Source: a virus | Lineage: Duplodnaviria; Caudoviricetes | Strand: one strand, 5' to 3' | IMG/VR virus record: IMGVR_UViG_3300012940_000006 | Coordinates: 1 to 49,337 of that record | DNA length: 49,337 bases | In this document: one piece after another, positions 29,982-38,485 of the stretch | Layout of the letters: every line of letters begins with the position of its first letter | Numbering within the stretch: position 1 is the first letter of the stretch | Notes under the pieces: model-generated | Databases searched by the model: none | What the model was told of the DNA's origin: nothing | Seen by the model: the letters and a program-made list of their open reading frames with translations, nothing else | Position numbers and translations under genes: made by a program

Positions 29982-30474
29982 CCTGGACCTTTTCGATGAC
30001 GTCGAGGCCGTTGTCGTCGAGGGCGTCGAGGATTTCGGCCATGTTGGTGATGTCGCCCAGCTGGTTGTATTCGACCTTCACGGTCTGTCCGGTCTCGGTG
30101 TTGCCGAGGTAGATCGCCTGAAGTTCGTTGTTGGCGGTGTATTCGCGGACGGTGCGGATGAAGTCCTCTGGGCTCTGCTCGCCGAGGTCAGTCTCGGGGG
30201 CATTCTCACGCTCGATGCGTCGTTCGAGGGTGACGGAGGCCTTATCGCCGAGCGGGGTGAGGAACTGGTTGAGGTCATAGATGTAGGACTTGAGATCGCT
30301 GACCTTGCAGTCCGGGTTGGTGCAGGTGTGCTCGTCCATGTCGATATAGAGGCGGCGGAAGAGCTGAGAGACGATGGGCAGTGCGGCGAGTTCGGCGTCG
30401 GTGGCCTCGGTGTGCGGTCCGGCGATCGAGAAGACGATGGCGTTGATGTCATCCTGGGTGAGGTAGGTCTTCAT
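29953..30474 (-). CDS. Hypothetical acidic protein
   Basis: 173 aa, RBS AGGAG, ATGA coupling. Confidence 0.7.
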   Translation of the reverse strand: MKTYLTQDDINAIVFSIAGPHTEATDAELAALPIVSQLFRRLYIDMDEHTCTNPDCKVSDLKSYIYDLNQFLTPLGDKASVTLERRIERENAPETDLGEQSPEDFIRTVREYTANNELQAIYLGNTETGQTVKVEYNQLGDITNMAEILDALDDNGLDVIEKVQDVLRQAFRG

Positions 30475-30725
30475 GCGGGCTCCTGGTTGGCGTTTTGCTC
30501 GATGCGCTTGACGTGTTCGGCGAAGGCGTTGAGCTTTGCGACGGCGTTGATGATGTCGGCGAGGATGAGGTGGGCATCGGCAGCATAGCGACGGCCGAAG
30601 AAGCCGTTGAAGTCGAGATGGATGGTGTCGATGACCGAGGTGATGTAGCCGGTGATATTGATGAGACGATCTGCCGGAATGGACGGGAGGTCGTTGATCT
30701 TCGTGATGGGGTCAGTCGGTGGCAT
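30471..30725 (-). CDS. Hypothetical protein
   Basis: 84 aa, overlaps both neighbours as in an operon. Confidence 0.6.
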   Translation of the reverse strand: MPPTDPITKINDLPSIPADRLINITGYITSVIDTIHLDFNGFFGRRYAADAHLILADIINAVAKLNAFAEHVKRIEQNANQEPA

Positions 30726-30912
30726 GGTCGGTGTTTTCTGAAGTGGGGCGGGGAAGCTTATCGGCTGCTTCCATGACGCCGCTGACGAGCTCCCTAAACC
30801 CCTCGATGGAGAGGCTGAGGATGAAGGTGCCGTTACGCTCGTTGAAGAGGAGGGTGACGTGATCGTCGTAGATCTCGATGTCGAAGTTGGTGATGTTAGG
30901 ACTCGTCATCAT
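30712..30912 (-). CDS. Small beta-beta-beta-alpha protein (paralog of 30896-31114)
   Basis: DIEIYDDHVTLLF...MEAADKL. Confidence 0.6.
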   Translation of the reverse strand: MMTSPNITNFDIEIYDDHVTLLFNERNGTFILSLSIEGFRELVSGVMEAADKLPRPTSENTDHATD

Positions 30913-31114
30913 ATGTCTCGTGCTCGGGGTCGTCGGTATCTTGCTGGTATGTCTCGGGGTGATCAAGCATGTCGCGGGCGGCGTCAGCGGCCATCGTGAG
31001 TCGCTCGTAGAAGCTGAGGTAGTCCTCCAGGGTGTAGCCCACGAGAGAGATGGTGCAGTCCGTCTCGAACTTGAGGGTGACGTATCCGTCGTGGATGATG
31101 ATGTTCGTGTTCAA
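30896..31114 (-). CDS. Small beta-beta-beta-alpha protein
   Basis: TTG start after AGGAGG; NIIIHDGYVTLKF...TMAADAA. Confidence 0.6.
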   Translation of the reverse strand: MNTNIIIHDGYVTLKFETDCTISLVGYTLEDYLSFYERLTMAADAARDMLDHPETYQQDTDDPEHETYDDES

Positions 31115-31118
31115 GGTG

Positions 31119-31679
31119 TTATTCGTCCTCCTGGGTATCGGCGAGGTATTTGACGGTGAAGAGGAGATTGTCGAGGAGGCGGGCAACGACCTCGGCTTGA
31201 TTCAGGGTGAACTTGGCAACGGCGGTCTCGCCGTTGTCGGAGATGGTGAGATAGATCATGTCTGGCTCGTCACCGACCCAGTCGATGCGAAGCGGGTCGC
31301 CATAGCTGTCGAGGATGCTGGTGGAGATGTCGGATTCGATGTCGTCTGTGGACGTGGCCGGGATGGCGGGCTTACGTAGCACGGCACTGATCGGTTCGGT
31401 CATGGGTGATTCCTCCGAAGTGGACTTATCAAGAAAACGGGACAGGTCGAGGATGGCTTGGCCAAACTTCTGGGCCTCGCGGGCAGATGCGAGGTAGGTG
31501 GAGAGAGAGGTTCCTTTCACGGCTGGGGTGGTGCCGCTGTAGACTTCGGCGAACTCGATCATGGGACGGGGTGTGCCGTCGTCGTTGTAGAAGAGGTTGA
31601 GCCTGACGGTGATGTCATCGCCGTCCGCGTCGTAGACGATGTGGGGGACGCCGTAGGGCGGCGTGGGGCTTTCGGTCAC
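31119..31679 (-). CDS. Hypothetical two-module protein with an internal start at 31403
   Basis: 186 aa, RBS AAAGGAG; in-frame internal GGAGGAATCACCC-ATG. Confidence 0.65.
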   Translation of the reverse strand: MTESPTPPYGVPHIVYDADGDDITVRLNLFYNDDGTPRPMIEFAEVYSGTTPAVKGTSLSTYLASAREAQKFGQAILDLSRFLDKSTSEESPMTEPISAVLRKPAIPATSTDDIESDISTSILDSYGDPLRIDWVGDEPDMIYLTISDNGETAVAKFTLNQAEVVARLLDNLLFTVKYLADTQEDE

Positions 31680-31703
31680 GGTGTGGAACTCCTTTGCGGA
31701 TAA

Positions 31704-32081
31704 CTATGCTTGTGCGAACTTGGTGTCTTGGCCGTTTTCCGCGTGGTTCTGGGCAAATGTGAGCTGGTTGGCGGGATTGGGTTCGGTCGGAGTTTCGAGA
31801 TAGTGGTCTAACCACTCCATCGCCTTATTTCGTGCACCTGTTGGGAAGCTCTGTGTGAGCGATGTTATGGCAAGTCCTGTGTAGGTCGCGATGCGTTTGA
31901 GGGCATAGCGCTTGTCGGCGGTGGAGAGGTTGTCGTTGTTCTGGATGCGCGTGAAGTTGGGGTTCTCGCGAAGCTTGGTGAGCTTTTCGGGGGTGTCGCC
32001 CTCCCCGTCCATGACCTTGTCCACGTAGTCGAGGCCGAGGCGGAGCTTGCGTGTGAGTTCGTCGGGATCTTTACCGGCCAT
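31704..32081 (-). CDS. Hypothetical protein
   Basis: 125 aa from the ATG after AAAGGAG. Confidence 0.6.
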   Translation of the reverse strand: MAGKDPDELTRKLRLGLDYVDKVMDGEGDTPEKLTKLRENPNFTRIQNNDNLSTADKRYALKRIATYTGLAITSLTQSFPTGARNKAMEWLDHYLETPTEPNPANQLTFAQNHAENGQDTKFAQA

Positions 32082-32128
32082 TGGGCATCTCCTTTGCCGA
32101 TCGGCCATGCGGTCGGCGTACATCTCTG

Positions 32129-32443
32129 CTAGGGTTCGGCCGTTTCGGTCAACAAGCGACGGCCGTCGAGTCGGGAAGCGAGGAGGCCCAGGAGGGCGTA
32201 CCCCGCGAGGTCGAGCCATGCGTCTTCGTCGTCCTCGATGAAGGGATTGGTGGGGTCGTACTGGTTGGTGAGGCGTTCCACCTTGTCGTGAGCGCGGACG
32301 ACGATGCCGTAGAGGCCATGTCGGGTGAGGTTGCGGCTGCCGTACTTCTCGCGCTTGTGGAGGAGAAGGTCGTGGAGCTCGTTGGTGAGCGCGGTTAGTT
32401 CTTCATTGAATTGATGGGTGGTGAGCTGCTCGAAGGTGTTCAT
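32129..32443 (-). CDS. DUF1599 / nucleotide-modification-associated domain 1 protein
   Basis: LLLHKREKYG...GIVVRAHDKVERL...EDAWLDLAGYALL. Confidence 0.85.
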   Translation of the reverse strand: MNTFEQLTTHQFNEELTALTNELHDLLLHKREKYGSRNLTRHGLYGIVVRAHDKVERLTNQYDPTNPFIEDDEDAWLDLAGYALLGLLASRLDGRRLLTETAEP

Positions 32444-32535
32444 GCGGCGACCAGGATGAGGAGAAGCGTGCAGACGACGATCCAGACGATCACGACGGAG
32501 AACCAGGGGTCATCGTGAGGTGGTCGTGGGGTCAT
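32440..32535 (-). CDS. 31-aa membrane peptide (not in the ORF track)
   Basis: MTPRPPHDDPWFSVVIVWIVVCTLLLILVAA; ATGA overlaps at both ends. Confidence 0.55.
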   Translation of the reverse strand: MTPRPPHDDPWFSVVIVWIVVCTLLLILVAA

Positions 32536-32807
32536 TCGTCCTCCAGGATGATGTCGGTGTACACGGGGTAACGGGGATCACTTGTGATGATGAGGATGGT
32601 GGTGATCCAGGTAGAGACGACGAAGGCGATGGTGGCGGCGTGGTAGATGGCTTCGCCGGTTGCGCCCACGGTCCAGGCGACGGTGGCTGACAGGAGGGCG
32701 AGGATGATGGGGGCGGCGAATTCGTACTTGAATGGAAGGTCGGTGTAGACGTGGTGAAGCAGCTTCAGCTTCTGTCGGGTGCTGAGGTGGTAGATGTTGG
32801 ATCGCAC
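32532..32807 (-). CDS. Two-TM membrane protein
   Basis: 91 aa from GTG 32807; two hydrophobic helices. Confidence 0.6.
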   Translation of the reverse strand: MRSNIYHLSTRQKLKLLHHVYTDLPFKYEFAAPIILALLSATVAWTVGATGEAIYHAATIAFVVSTWITTILIITSDPRYPVYTDIILEDE

Positions 32808-33127
32808 GAGGTCTCTCTTTCTTTCTGAGCGAGCTGGGAATCCAGCAGGGTGAAGAACGAGCCGTCGGCGATGTTCTTGGCGTGGGCGCGGAAGACACGG
32901 AGGCCGAGGGCGATGGCGGTGTTGAACTTCTCGACGTCGGCGAGGACGCCGCTGATGGAGACGTGGCCGTGGTTTGCTCCGTGGTGGAGCAGGCCGTCGT
33001 ATTCGATGATGACGGGGGGCTCCTGCTGGGGCAGGTAGTAATCGGCCCGCCATTTGCGATCGGGGAAGAACTGGTATTCGGTCCAGACGATGCCGAACCC
33101 ACCGAGACGGAGGTAGGTTTCGAGCAT
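32765..33127 (-). CDS. PD-(D/E)XK endonuclease (DUF559-like; possible resolvase)
   Basis: EYQFFPDRKWRADY...IIEYDG...DVEKFNTAIALGLRVFR. Confidence 0.85.
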   Translation of the reverse strand: MLETYLRLGGFGIVWTEYQFFPDRKWRADYYLPQQEPPVIIEYDGLLHHGANHGHVSISGVLADVEKFNTAIALGLRVFRAHAKNIADGSFFTLLDSQLAQKERETSCDPTSTTSAPDRS

Positions 33128-33146
33128 CGTCTTTTCCGAGGGCTGA

Positions 33147-33422
33147 CTAGAAGGCCGCGGCATAGAGGTTCGCGAGGCGGTCAAATGAGGCGCTGTGGAT
33201 CAGCGTCGGTGGCTGGGATGACCACCGTTGGAGGGTCCGGACGGAGATGCCGGATGCACGTGAGATGTCCGTCAGCGAGTAGCGCTGGCGGAGGTTGGTG
33301 AGGAGGGCGAGGGCAATGTGGGCGTCCTCTTTGCGCTGCGCAGCCCGTGCAGCGCGGTCGCGGCGTCGGTATGAGCGATGGTAGGTACGAAGATAGGCGG
33401 ATCGGTTCTGGGTGACTCGCAT
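33147..33422 (-). CDS. HTH DNA-binding protein
   Basis: YSLTDISRASGISVRTLQRW; RBS GGAG. Confidence 0.75.
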   Translation of the reverse strand: MRVTQNRSAYLRTYHRSYRRRDRAARAAQRKEDAHIALALLTNLRQRYSLTDISRASGISVRTLQRWSSQPPTLIHSASFDRLANLYAAAF

Positions 33423-33523
33423 GTCGTTTCTCCGTGTCTATGACAGCGCGACTGGGTATCGCTGGAGAAAAGACTAGGCGGTGGCGCGTGGGGCAACTGG
33501 CCCGACCTCCGGTTCAGGGTATG

Positions 33524-33553
33524 GCAAAACCCCCGTGGTGGTGGGGGTTTTGC
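33524..33553. terminator. Hairpin downstream of the primase-helicase, possibly bidirectional
   Basis: GCAAAACCCCC-N8-GGGGGTTTTGC. Confidence 0.7.
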
Positions 33554-33591
33554 GGGATCAGATGGATCGTGGTGTTTGGCAGGTTTTGTCG

Positions 33592-35352
33592 TTATGCGGG
33601 CTTGATACGGCCAGACGCGAGGTCGAAGTGGAACCAGGCATCGCCGCGGCGGCCGAGTTCTTTCCAACGGACTTTGGTGACACGAACGAGGAAGCGGTCG
33701 TCTTCCTCGGTGATGTCGCGCCATACGGTGAGACCGTTATCGGCCTTGGCGCGGAAGGCGGAGCTGTCGAGGGCATCTTCGAGCTCGGGGATGCGTTCCT
33801 TTCCGGTCTCGGGGTCGATACCTTGCTTGCGCGGGTGGACGATCTGCCAGACGTGGCAGTTGTGATTGCGGGCCCAGCGACGGATCTTGCCGAGGATGCG
33901 TGCGACGTAGTCGTTCTTGGTCTCGCCGCTGGCGGTCTTGTGGTCGTATTCGTTCCAGGGATCGAGGACGAGATCGCGGATACCCCGGCGGAAGACTTCC
34001 TTGGCGGCGAGGGCGAGGATGTTATCGACCGAGAAATCGTCGTTGTCGGGGTCGATGTAGCTGATGTGGTCGCTGATGAAGGCGTGATGCTCCTTGAACT
34101 CCTCGTAGCTCATGCGGCCGTTGTAGTTGGGCAGGAATGGCTTGCCGGCGCGGATCTCGATGAGGGCCTTCTGGTGGCGGCTGAGGGGCATCTGCTCGGG
34201 GGAGAAGATGCCGATGTTCCAGTCGTAGGTTTCAGCTTCGCGCAGGATGAAGTTGTCGATGACGCTGGACTTGCCGTGTCCTGGGATGCCGACGACGACG
34301 GTGAGTTGGCCGGGTTCGACGCGGAAGAGCGGGTCGAGGTTGCGGTAGCCGAGTTTGTACCCGTTGGAGAGGCCGAACTGATACATGTTCTCCATGTCGG
34401 GGGTGAGGTCTTCGCCGGTGGTGATGCCGGGGATTGGGAAGGGCTCGGCGCGCAGGATGAGGTCGTAGAGGAAGTCTTTTCCGACCTCGGTGAGGGCATC
34501 GTTGGCGTCCTTGAGGCCCATTGGCCAGACGACGCGGGAGCATCGTTCCATCCCGAATCGACGGGCGAATTCGTACATCAACTCCTGCCCCGGCTGGTCG
34601 GCGTCGGTGGCGAGGATGATGCGTTTGGCGGCAAAGATGAGGTCCTCGGCGGTGTTGAGGTAGTCGAGGGCTCCTTGCGCTTTCATGGTGGTGCCGTTTG
34701 GCACGCTGACGACGTTGGTGTGGCCGGCTTCGATGAGGGCGAGGACATCCTGCTCACCTTCGACGACGATGAAGGTCTCCTCCCCTCTGATGGCGTCGAT
34801 GTTGTAGAGCGAGAGTTCGGCGCCGGCTTCCATGCGGAAGTGCTTGTGGACGCAACGGTGCTTGGTGTTGGTGTGGCGGCCGTTGACGTAGTACGGATAG
34901 AGGATGTGGAGCGTCTTTTGCTGGCAGACGCCGCACCATTCGATGGACGCGGTGAGGCGCATGGCTTTGGCGGTGTCTTCGCTGATGCCGCGCTTGGCAA
35001 GGTAGTCCATCGCCTGCTCCCAGATGCTGGGCGCGGTGCGCGGCGGAAGGGGCCTGGGCGGGCTCCAGACGCGCTCACGGGCACTGCGTGGCGTGTGGAT
35101 CAGGGATGCGTCCGTACGCGGCTCCAGGGGTCCTCCGGGCCAGCCGGCGAGGCCTCCGTGGAAGTCGCAGCCAACGTGATGGCAGTACCAGGTGCCGCGG
35201 TAGATGTTGACGGAGAGGTCTTTCTCGCGTTGGTGCTCCGGCTTGCGCATGGGTGTGCAGACGGGGCAGATGATGCGGATGTTCCCCTGTGGGTCAGGGT
35301 GGGCATCCGCTGGGATTTGGATGCCGACATCGGCGAACTCTTGTCGTGTCAT
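33592..35352 (-). CDS. Bifunctional primase-helicase (T7 gp4/Twinkle type)
   Basis: Zn finger CPVC...CHHVGC; TOPRIM VVEGEQD and ATDAD; Walker A GIPGHGKS; Walker B LVLDP; VHPRK. Confidence 0.95.
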   Translation of the reverse strand: MTRQEFADVGIQIPADAHPDPQGNIRIICPVCTPMRKPEHQREKDLSVNIYRGTWYCHHVGCDFHGGLAGWPGGPLEPRTDASLIHTPRSARERVWSPPRPLPPRTAPSIWEQAMDYLAKRGISEDTAKAMRLTASIEWCGVCQQKTLHILYPYYVNGRHTNTKHRCVHKHFRMEAGAELSLYNIDAIRGEETFIVVEGEQDVLALIEAGHTNVVSVPNGTTMKAQGALDYLNTAEDLIFAAKRIILATDADQPGQELMYEFARRFGMERCSRVVWPMGLKDANDALTEVGKDFLYDLILRAEPFPIPGITTGEDLTPDMENMYQFGLSNGYKLGYRNLDPLFRVEPGQLTVVVGIPGHGKSSVIDNFILREAETYDWNIGIFSPEQMPLSRHQKALIEIRAGKPFLPNYNGRMSYEEFKEHHAFISDHISYIDPDNDDFSVDNILALAAKEVFRRGIRDLVLDPWNEYDHKTASGETKNDYVARILGKIRRWARNHNCHVWQIVHPRKQGIDPETGKERIPELEDALDSSAFRAKADNGLTVWRDITEEDDRFLVRVTKVRWKELGRRGDAWFHFDLASGRIKPA

Positions 35353-35359
35353 GGGTGAC

Positions 35360-36526
35360 TCACTGAGTGGTTATGTAAATCCTATAGGCCTCGTTGAGGA
35401 CACGATCGTTGCGTGGACGCCACTTCCCTGGTTTGGGCTGGAAGTTTTCGTTGGCGAGCCAGGCGCGTGCCTTGCTGATGATTTCCTGACCGCGAAGGTG
35501 CTGGTACGGGATGTGGGCCATGAACTTGGTCATGACGCGGTCGAAGTCGTCGGGTCCCATGAGGAGCTTTTTGGCCTCCTCGGTGAGCTCGGGGAACCGG
35601 CGGAAGTATTTGACATCCGTGGGCATCCGGTTCGGCGGGCTGGCTGGTACGTGATGGAGGCGCTCAATGAGCTGCCAGGTTGCTGCGCAGGCGGTGTGTT
35701 CGAGGATGGCGAGGTGTCGCTCGTCCTTCGGGAAGTAGATCTCGTTGCTGATGTCCTGGTAGGTCATGCGCCACCAGGTGGGATCGGTGGAGTCCCCGTC
35801 CGCGAGTGGGTGGCGATAGATGCCTGGGCTGACCTCCTCGGTCCGCGGATCGGAGAGGACGATCCGGCGGCTGGTGTCGTCGTCGGGGAGGTGGATGCGG
35901 TCGAATCGTGGAACATCCACCCCCGCGGCAATGAAGTCATCAGGATTCAGAGATGAAACGCGCGCATGCGCGTTCTCTCTCTTTTTTTCATTCTTACTCT
36001 CTAGTTCGGGTGCCCCCTGGCACGGGGGCCTGGTATCCGTGGGCACGGGGGTCTCCGTTCCCTGGCTCCCACCCTGGTGTCCCTCAGCACGGGGGGTGTC
36101 GGCGACCCTGGTATCCGTGGGCACGGGGGGTAGGATGTGCAAATGGCCTTTTCCGGCGGCCTGCTGGGTGGCGTGGTAGGGCATGAACCAGACGGTTGGG
36201 CGATTGAGTTTCGGGTTGGCGGGTTGTGACATGACGATGATGCCGAGCTGTTCGAGCGCGGCGATGGCGCGGCGCACGGTTTTCTCGGCCATGTCGTTCA
36301 TTTTGGCGAGCGTGCTGATGCTGGGCCAGCTGTAGCCGTCCTGATTGGCAAAGGCGCACAGGTCTTCGTGGATGACTTTGAGCGCGGACCGTGGAAGGTC
36401 GGTCACGTCCTGCTCGGCGATGAGCTCGCGGGCGATGGTCGGTGTCCGTACGAACACGGTTTGCACGTTGATGGGGGCTTTGGGGTTGCGCTCCGCGGAG
36501 GTCCCCTGATATGCTGATGCCAACAT
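35360..36526 (-). CDS. Replication initiator (N-terminal HTH_36-like winged helix)
   Basis: FANQDGYSWPSISTLAKMNDMAEKTVRRAIAALEQLGII; iterons in the linker; ATG 36526 preferred over TTG 36565. Confidence 0.85.
   Translation of the reverse strand: MLASAYQGTSAERNPKAPINVQTVFVRTPTIARELIAEQDVTDLPRSALKVIHEDLCAFANQDGYSWPSISTLAKMNDMAEKTVRRAIAALEQLGIIVMSQPANPKLNRPTVWFMPYHATQQAAGKGHLHILPPVPTDTRVADTPRAEGHQGGSQGTETPVPTDTRPPCQGAPELESKNEKKRENAHARVSSLNPDDFIAAGVDVPRFDRIHLPDDDTSRRIVLSDPRTEEVSPGIYRHPLADGDSTDPTWWRMTYQDISNEIYFPKDERHLAILEHTACAATWQLIERLHHVPASPPNRMPTDVKYFRRFPELTEEAKKLLMGPDDFDRVMTKFMAHIPYQHLRGQEIISKARAWLANENFQPKPGKWRPRNDRVLNEAYRIYITTQ
36015..36129. repeat. Iterons / probable replication origin inside the initiator gene
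   Basis: CCTGGTATCCGTGGGCACGGGGG at 36029 and 36107, variant CCTGGTGTCCCTCAGCACGGGGG at 36073, half copy at 36015; adjacent T-rich tract ~35973-36003. Confidence 0.8.
36486..36515 (+). promoter_or_regulatory. Sigma70-type promoter antisense to rep
   Basis: TTGCGC-N18-TATGCT with extended -10 TG (36507-36508). Confidence 0.55.
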
Positions 36527-36591
36527 CTCAAGACCTTTTTCTAGAGGCCCCGGTTTTGTCGCCAAACAAAAGGACCGGGGCCTCGGCTTTT
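36522..36591 (+). ncRNA. Candidate ~70-nt antisense (counter-transcript) RNA over the rep leader
   Basis: Lies between the antisense promoter and the hairpin GAGGCCCCGGT...ACCGGGGCCTC (36544-36584), followed by GGCTTTT. Confidence 0.45.
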
Positions 36592-36602
36592 ACGTTGGAA
36601 GC

Positions 36603-36611
36603 ATCATAGCA
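36603..36611 (-). promoter_or_regulatory. Extended -10 promoter for rep
   Basis: TG-C-TATGAT on the - strand in the ssb-rep gap. Confidence 0.6.
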
Positions 36612-36621
36612 CGCGGTACGT

Positions 36622-37071
36622 TTAGAACGAACCGTCGTATGGCTGGAACTCGCCGGTGTCACGGTGGACCCAGCCATTTTTGTCCTGCTGCCAGATCCAC
36701 GGATCGTCGTCCTCTGTGGCCTGTTCCTGCTGGGTACGGGCGCCGAAGACCTGGAGATCGTTGGCGTTGATGGTGAGGGTGTAGCGGAGTGTGCCGTCCT
36801 TGCCGGTCCACTCTTCGATATCCTGTTCGCCGCCGACGAGGACCTGGGTGCCGCGGCTGAGCGAGCCGTTCTGGTGGAGATCGGATGCGATTTCGGCGAG
36901 CTTGCCGAAGATGGAGACCTTGTACCAGCGGGCTTCCTGGTCCTGGCCGTTCTTACGGTAGCGGTTGTTGGCGACGCGGAAGGAGACGACCTGGGTTCCG
37001 GAGGGAAGGTAGCGGACCTCGGGGTCGGAGCCGAGGCGGCCGGTGATGGCGATGCGATTGAAGTCAGCCAT
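36622..37071 (-). CDS. ssb: Single-stranded DNA-binding protein
   Basis: FNRIAITGRLGSDPEVRY...FRVANN...WYKVSIFGKLAE; acidic tail ending in F. Confidence 0.95.
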   Translation of the reverse strand: MADFNRIAITGRLGSDPEVRYLPSGTQVVSFRVANNRYRKNGQDQEARWYKVSIFGKLAEIASDLHQNGSLSRGTQVLVGGEQDIEEWTGKDGTLRYTLTINANDLQVFGARTQQEQATEDDDPWIWQQDKNGWVHRDTGEFQPYDGSF

Positions 37072-37161
37072 GATTGTGCCTTTCTGTCATACTGGGCCAA
37101 CGTCGGGAGTCTTGGGTGACTCGCCTGGCGAGAGATAGAGTTGGGCCTCTATTTCGGTTGG

Positions 37162-37187
37162 GGGGAGGATGGTGCACCATCCTCCCC
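37162..37187. terminator. Perfect 26-bp palindrome just after the ERF stop codon
   Basis: GGGGAGGATGGTGCACCATCCTCCCC. Confidence 0.55.
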
Positions 37188-37191
37188 TTTG

Positions 37192-37989
37192 CTATGCGTC
37201 GTTCTCGCCGTCGGCGAACTTCTGGAGCTCGTCGATGGCGGTTTTGGCTTGCTCGCTGGTGAGCCGGTCAACGGGTGCGAGTTCCAGCCCTTCGAGCCAG
37301 ACGTCGAGGGCTTCGCGGTCGTGGTGGCCGTCCTCCTTCACGAACCCGGCCTGCTTGGCGAGTCCGATGATGTAGTTCTTCTGGCTCTCGCTGGCCGCGG
37401 GTCCGGGCATGCCTGATGGTCGTCGGGTTGGAGGTCCTGCCGGTCGTGCGGGGGCCGCGGGTCGAGCTGGTGGAGGTCCTGCCGGTCGGGCCGGAGGGGA
37501 TTTCGGAGCCGGTTTCGGGCGAGCGGGCGCGGGGGCCTTGCTTCCCTGGATGGCGGCTTGGGCAACCGGTTCGGCAATGTAGTGGGATGGGTCGTCACTA
37601 TCTTTCGAGTCGTCGATAAGGAAGAGTCCGTTCAGCGCGTATTTGCGGGCGTAGCTGGATGCGGCTCCGCTGATCTGCGCGGCGTCCATGCCCTTCTTTT
37701 CCTTGGGTTCGCGGGCGTAGGCGGTCGCCTGGACGCTCAGGTCGCTGAGTTCGTCGTGGAGTGTGGCGATGGCCTCGATGTAGTTCTCACCTCCGATGTT
37801 GACGAGATGGTCGGATTGGATGAGGACGAGCTGGTTGGTGGCCAGCAGTGGCTTCACCTTTTCGAGGATGGCTTCGTTGGAGCGGTACTTGAACTTAGAG
37901 AAGTCATTCCAGAGGTCTTTCGGGGCGTTGAGCGTTTGCTGCACTTGCTGGACGCGGGTCCAGAAGGAAGGGATCTGTGGGTCGGTCAT
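37192..37989 (-). CDS. erf: ERF-family single-strand annealing protein
   Basis: APKDLWNDFSKFKYRS...MDAAQISGAASSYARKYALNGLFLIDD..D.D. Confidence 0.95.
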   Translation of the reverse strand: MTDPQIPSFWTRVQQVQQTLNAPKDLWNDFSKFKYRSNEAILEKVKPLLATNQLVLIQSDHLVNIGGENYIEAIATLHDELSDLSVQATAYAREPKEKKGMDAAQISGAASSYARKYALNGLFLIDDSKDSDDPSHYIAEPVAQAAIQGSKAPAPARPKPAPKSPPARPAGPPPARPAAPARPAGPPTRRPSGMPGPAASESQKNYIIGLAKQAGFVKEDGHHDREALDVWLEGLELAPVDRLTSEQAKTAIDELQKFADGENDA

Positions 37990-38224
37990 GGGTCTCCTCG
38001 ATGAGGCGGCAGGTGTGGTAGCCGAGGTGTTCGTAGAGCTGGGTTTGATGTTCGGCCCAGCGGCGAAGCGCGGTTTCTTGTCGGGTGGTCCAGTGTGGGG
38101 TGCTCCTTTCCTGTGGGTTGCAGATGATGGCGATGGTGGTGGGGTGTCCGTTGCGTGAGCCCACGATGGTGGCGTAGACGCGGTCGTGGGCGCTGACGAA
38201 TGGAGGGTGCAGGATGTGGGTCAT
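37904..38224 (-). CDS. Hypothetical protein
   Basis: 106 aa, GAGG RBS; overlaps the ERF start. Confidence 0.5.
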   Translation of the reverse strand: MTHILHPPFVSAHDRVYATIVGSRNGHPTTIAIICNPQERSTPHWTTRQETALRRWAEHQTQLYEHLGYHTCRLIEETHDRPTDPFLLDPRPASAANAQRPERPLE

Positions 38225-38242
38225 AGCGCCTCGGTGAGTTCG

Positions 38243-38485
38243 TCAATCGACGGCGCGGGCAACGGAGGCTTCCTGCTGCTCGTGGAAACGGATCATGAAG
38301 GTGTCGGCGATGATGCGGCGATCCTGCTTCATGTCGAGGATGTGCTCGATAGCGAGGCGGAACTGTTCGGCTTCGTCCTTCGGGATGGTGAGGGTACGGG
38401 CTTCGGCTTCGTCGATGTTGCGCTGGATGCGCTTCCAGGAGAGGTAGAGCTGCTGGAGATGTGGCGAGAGATCAGCGAGCGTCAT
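38243..38485 (-). CDS. Hypothetical helical protein
   Basis: 80 aa from the ATG after AAGGAG. Confidence 0.65.
   Translation of the reverse strand: MTLADLSPHLQQLYLSWKRIQRNIDEAEARTLTIPKDEAEQFRLAIEHILDMKQDRRIIADTFMIRFHEQQEASVARAVD

Noticed and set aside
952-35358. Long antisense ORFs (e.g. 952-2901, 4362-6461, 12826-14820, 33481-35358)
   Set aside because: Shadow frames of real genes in GC-rich DNA; no RBS or motifs, biased composition
36489-36499. Third CGCTCCGCGGA copy as a hairpin promoter
   Set aside because: Inside rep coding sequence, opposite orientation, and only a 3-bp stem
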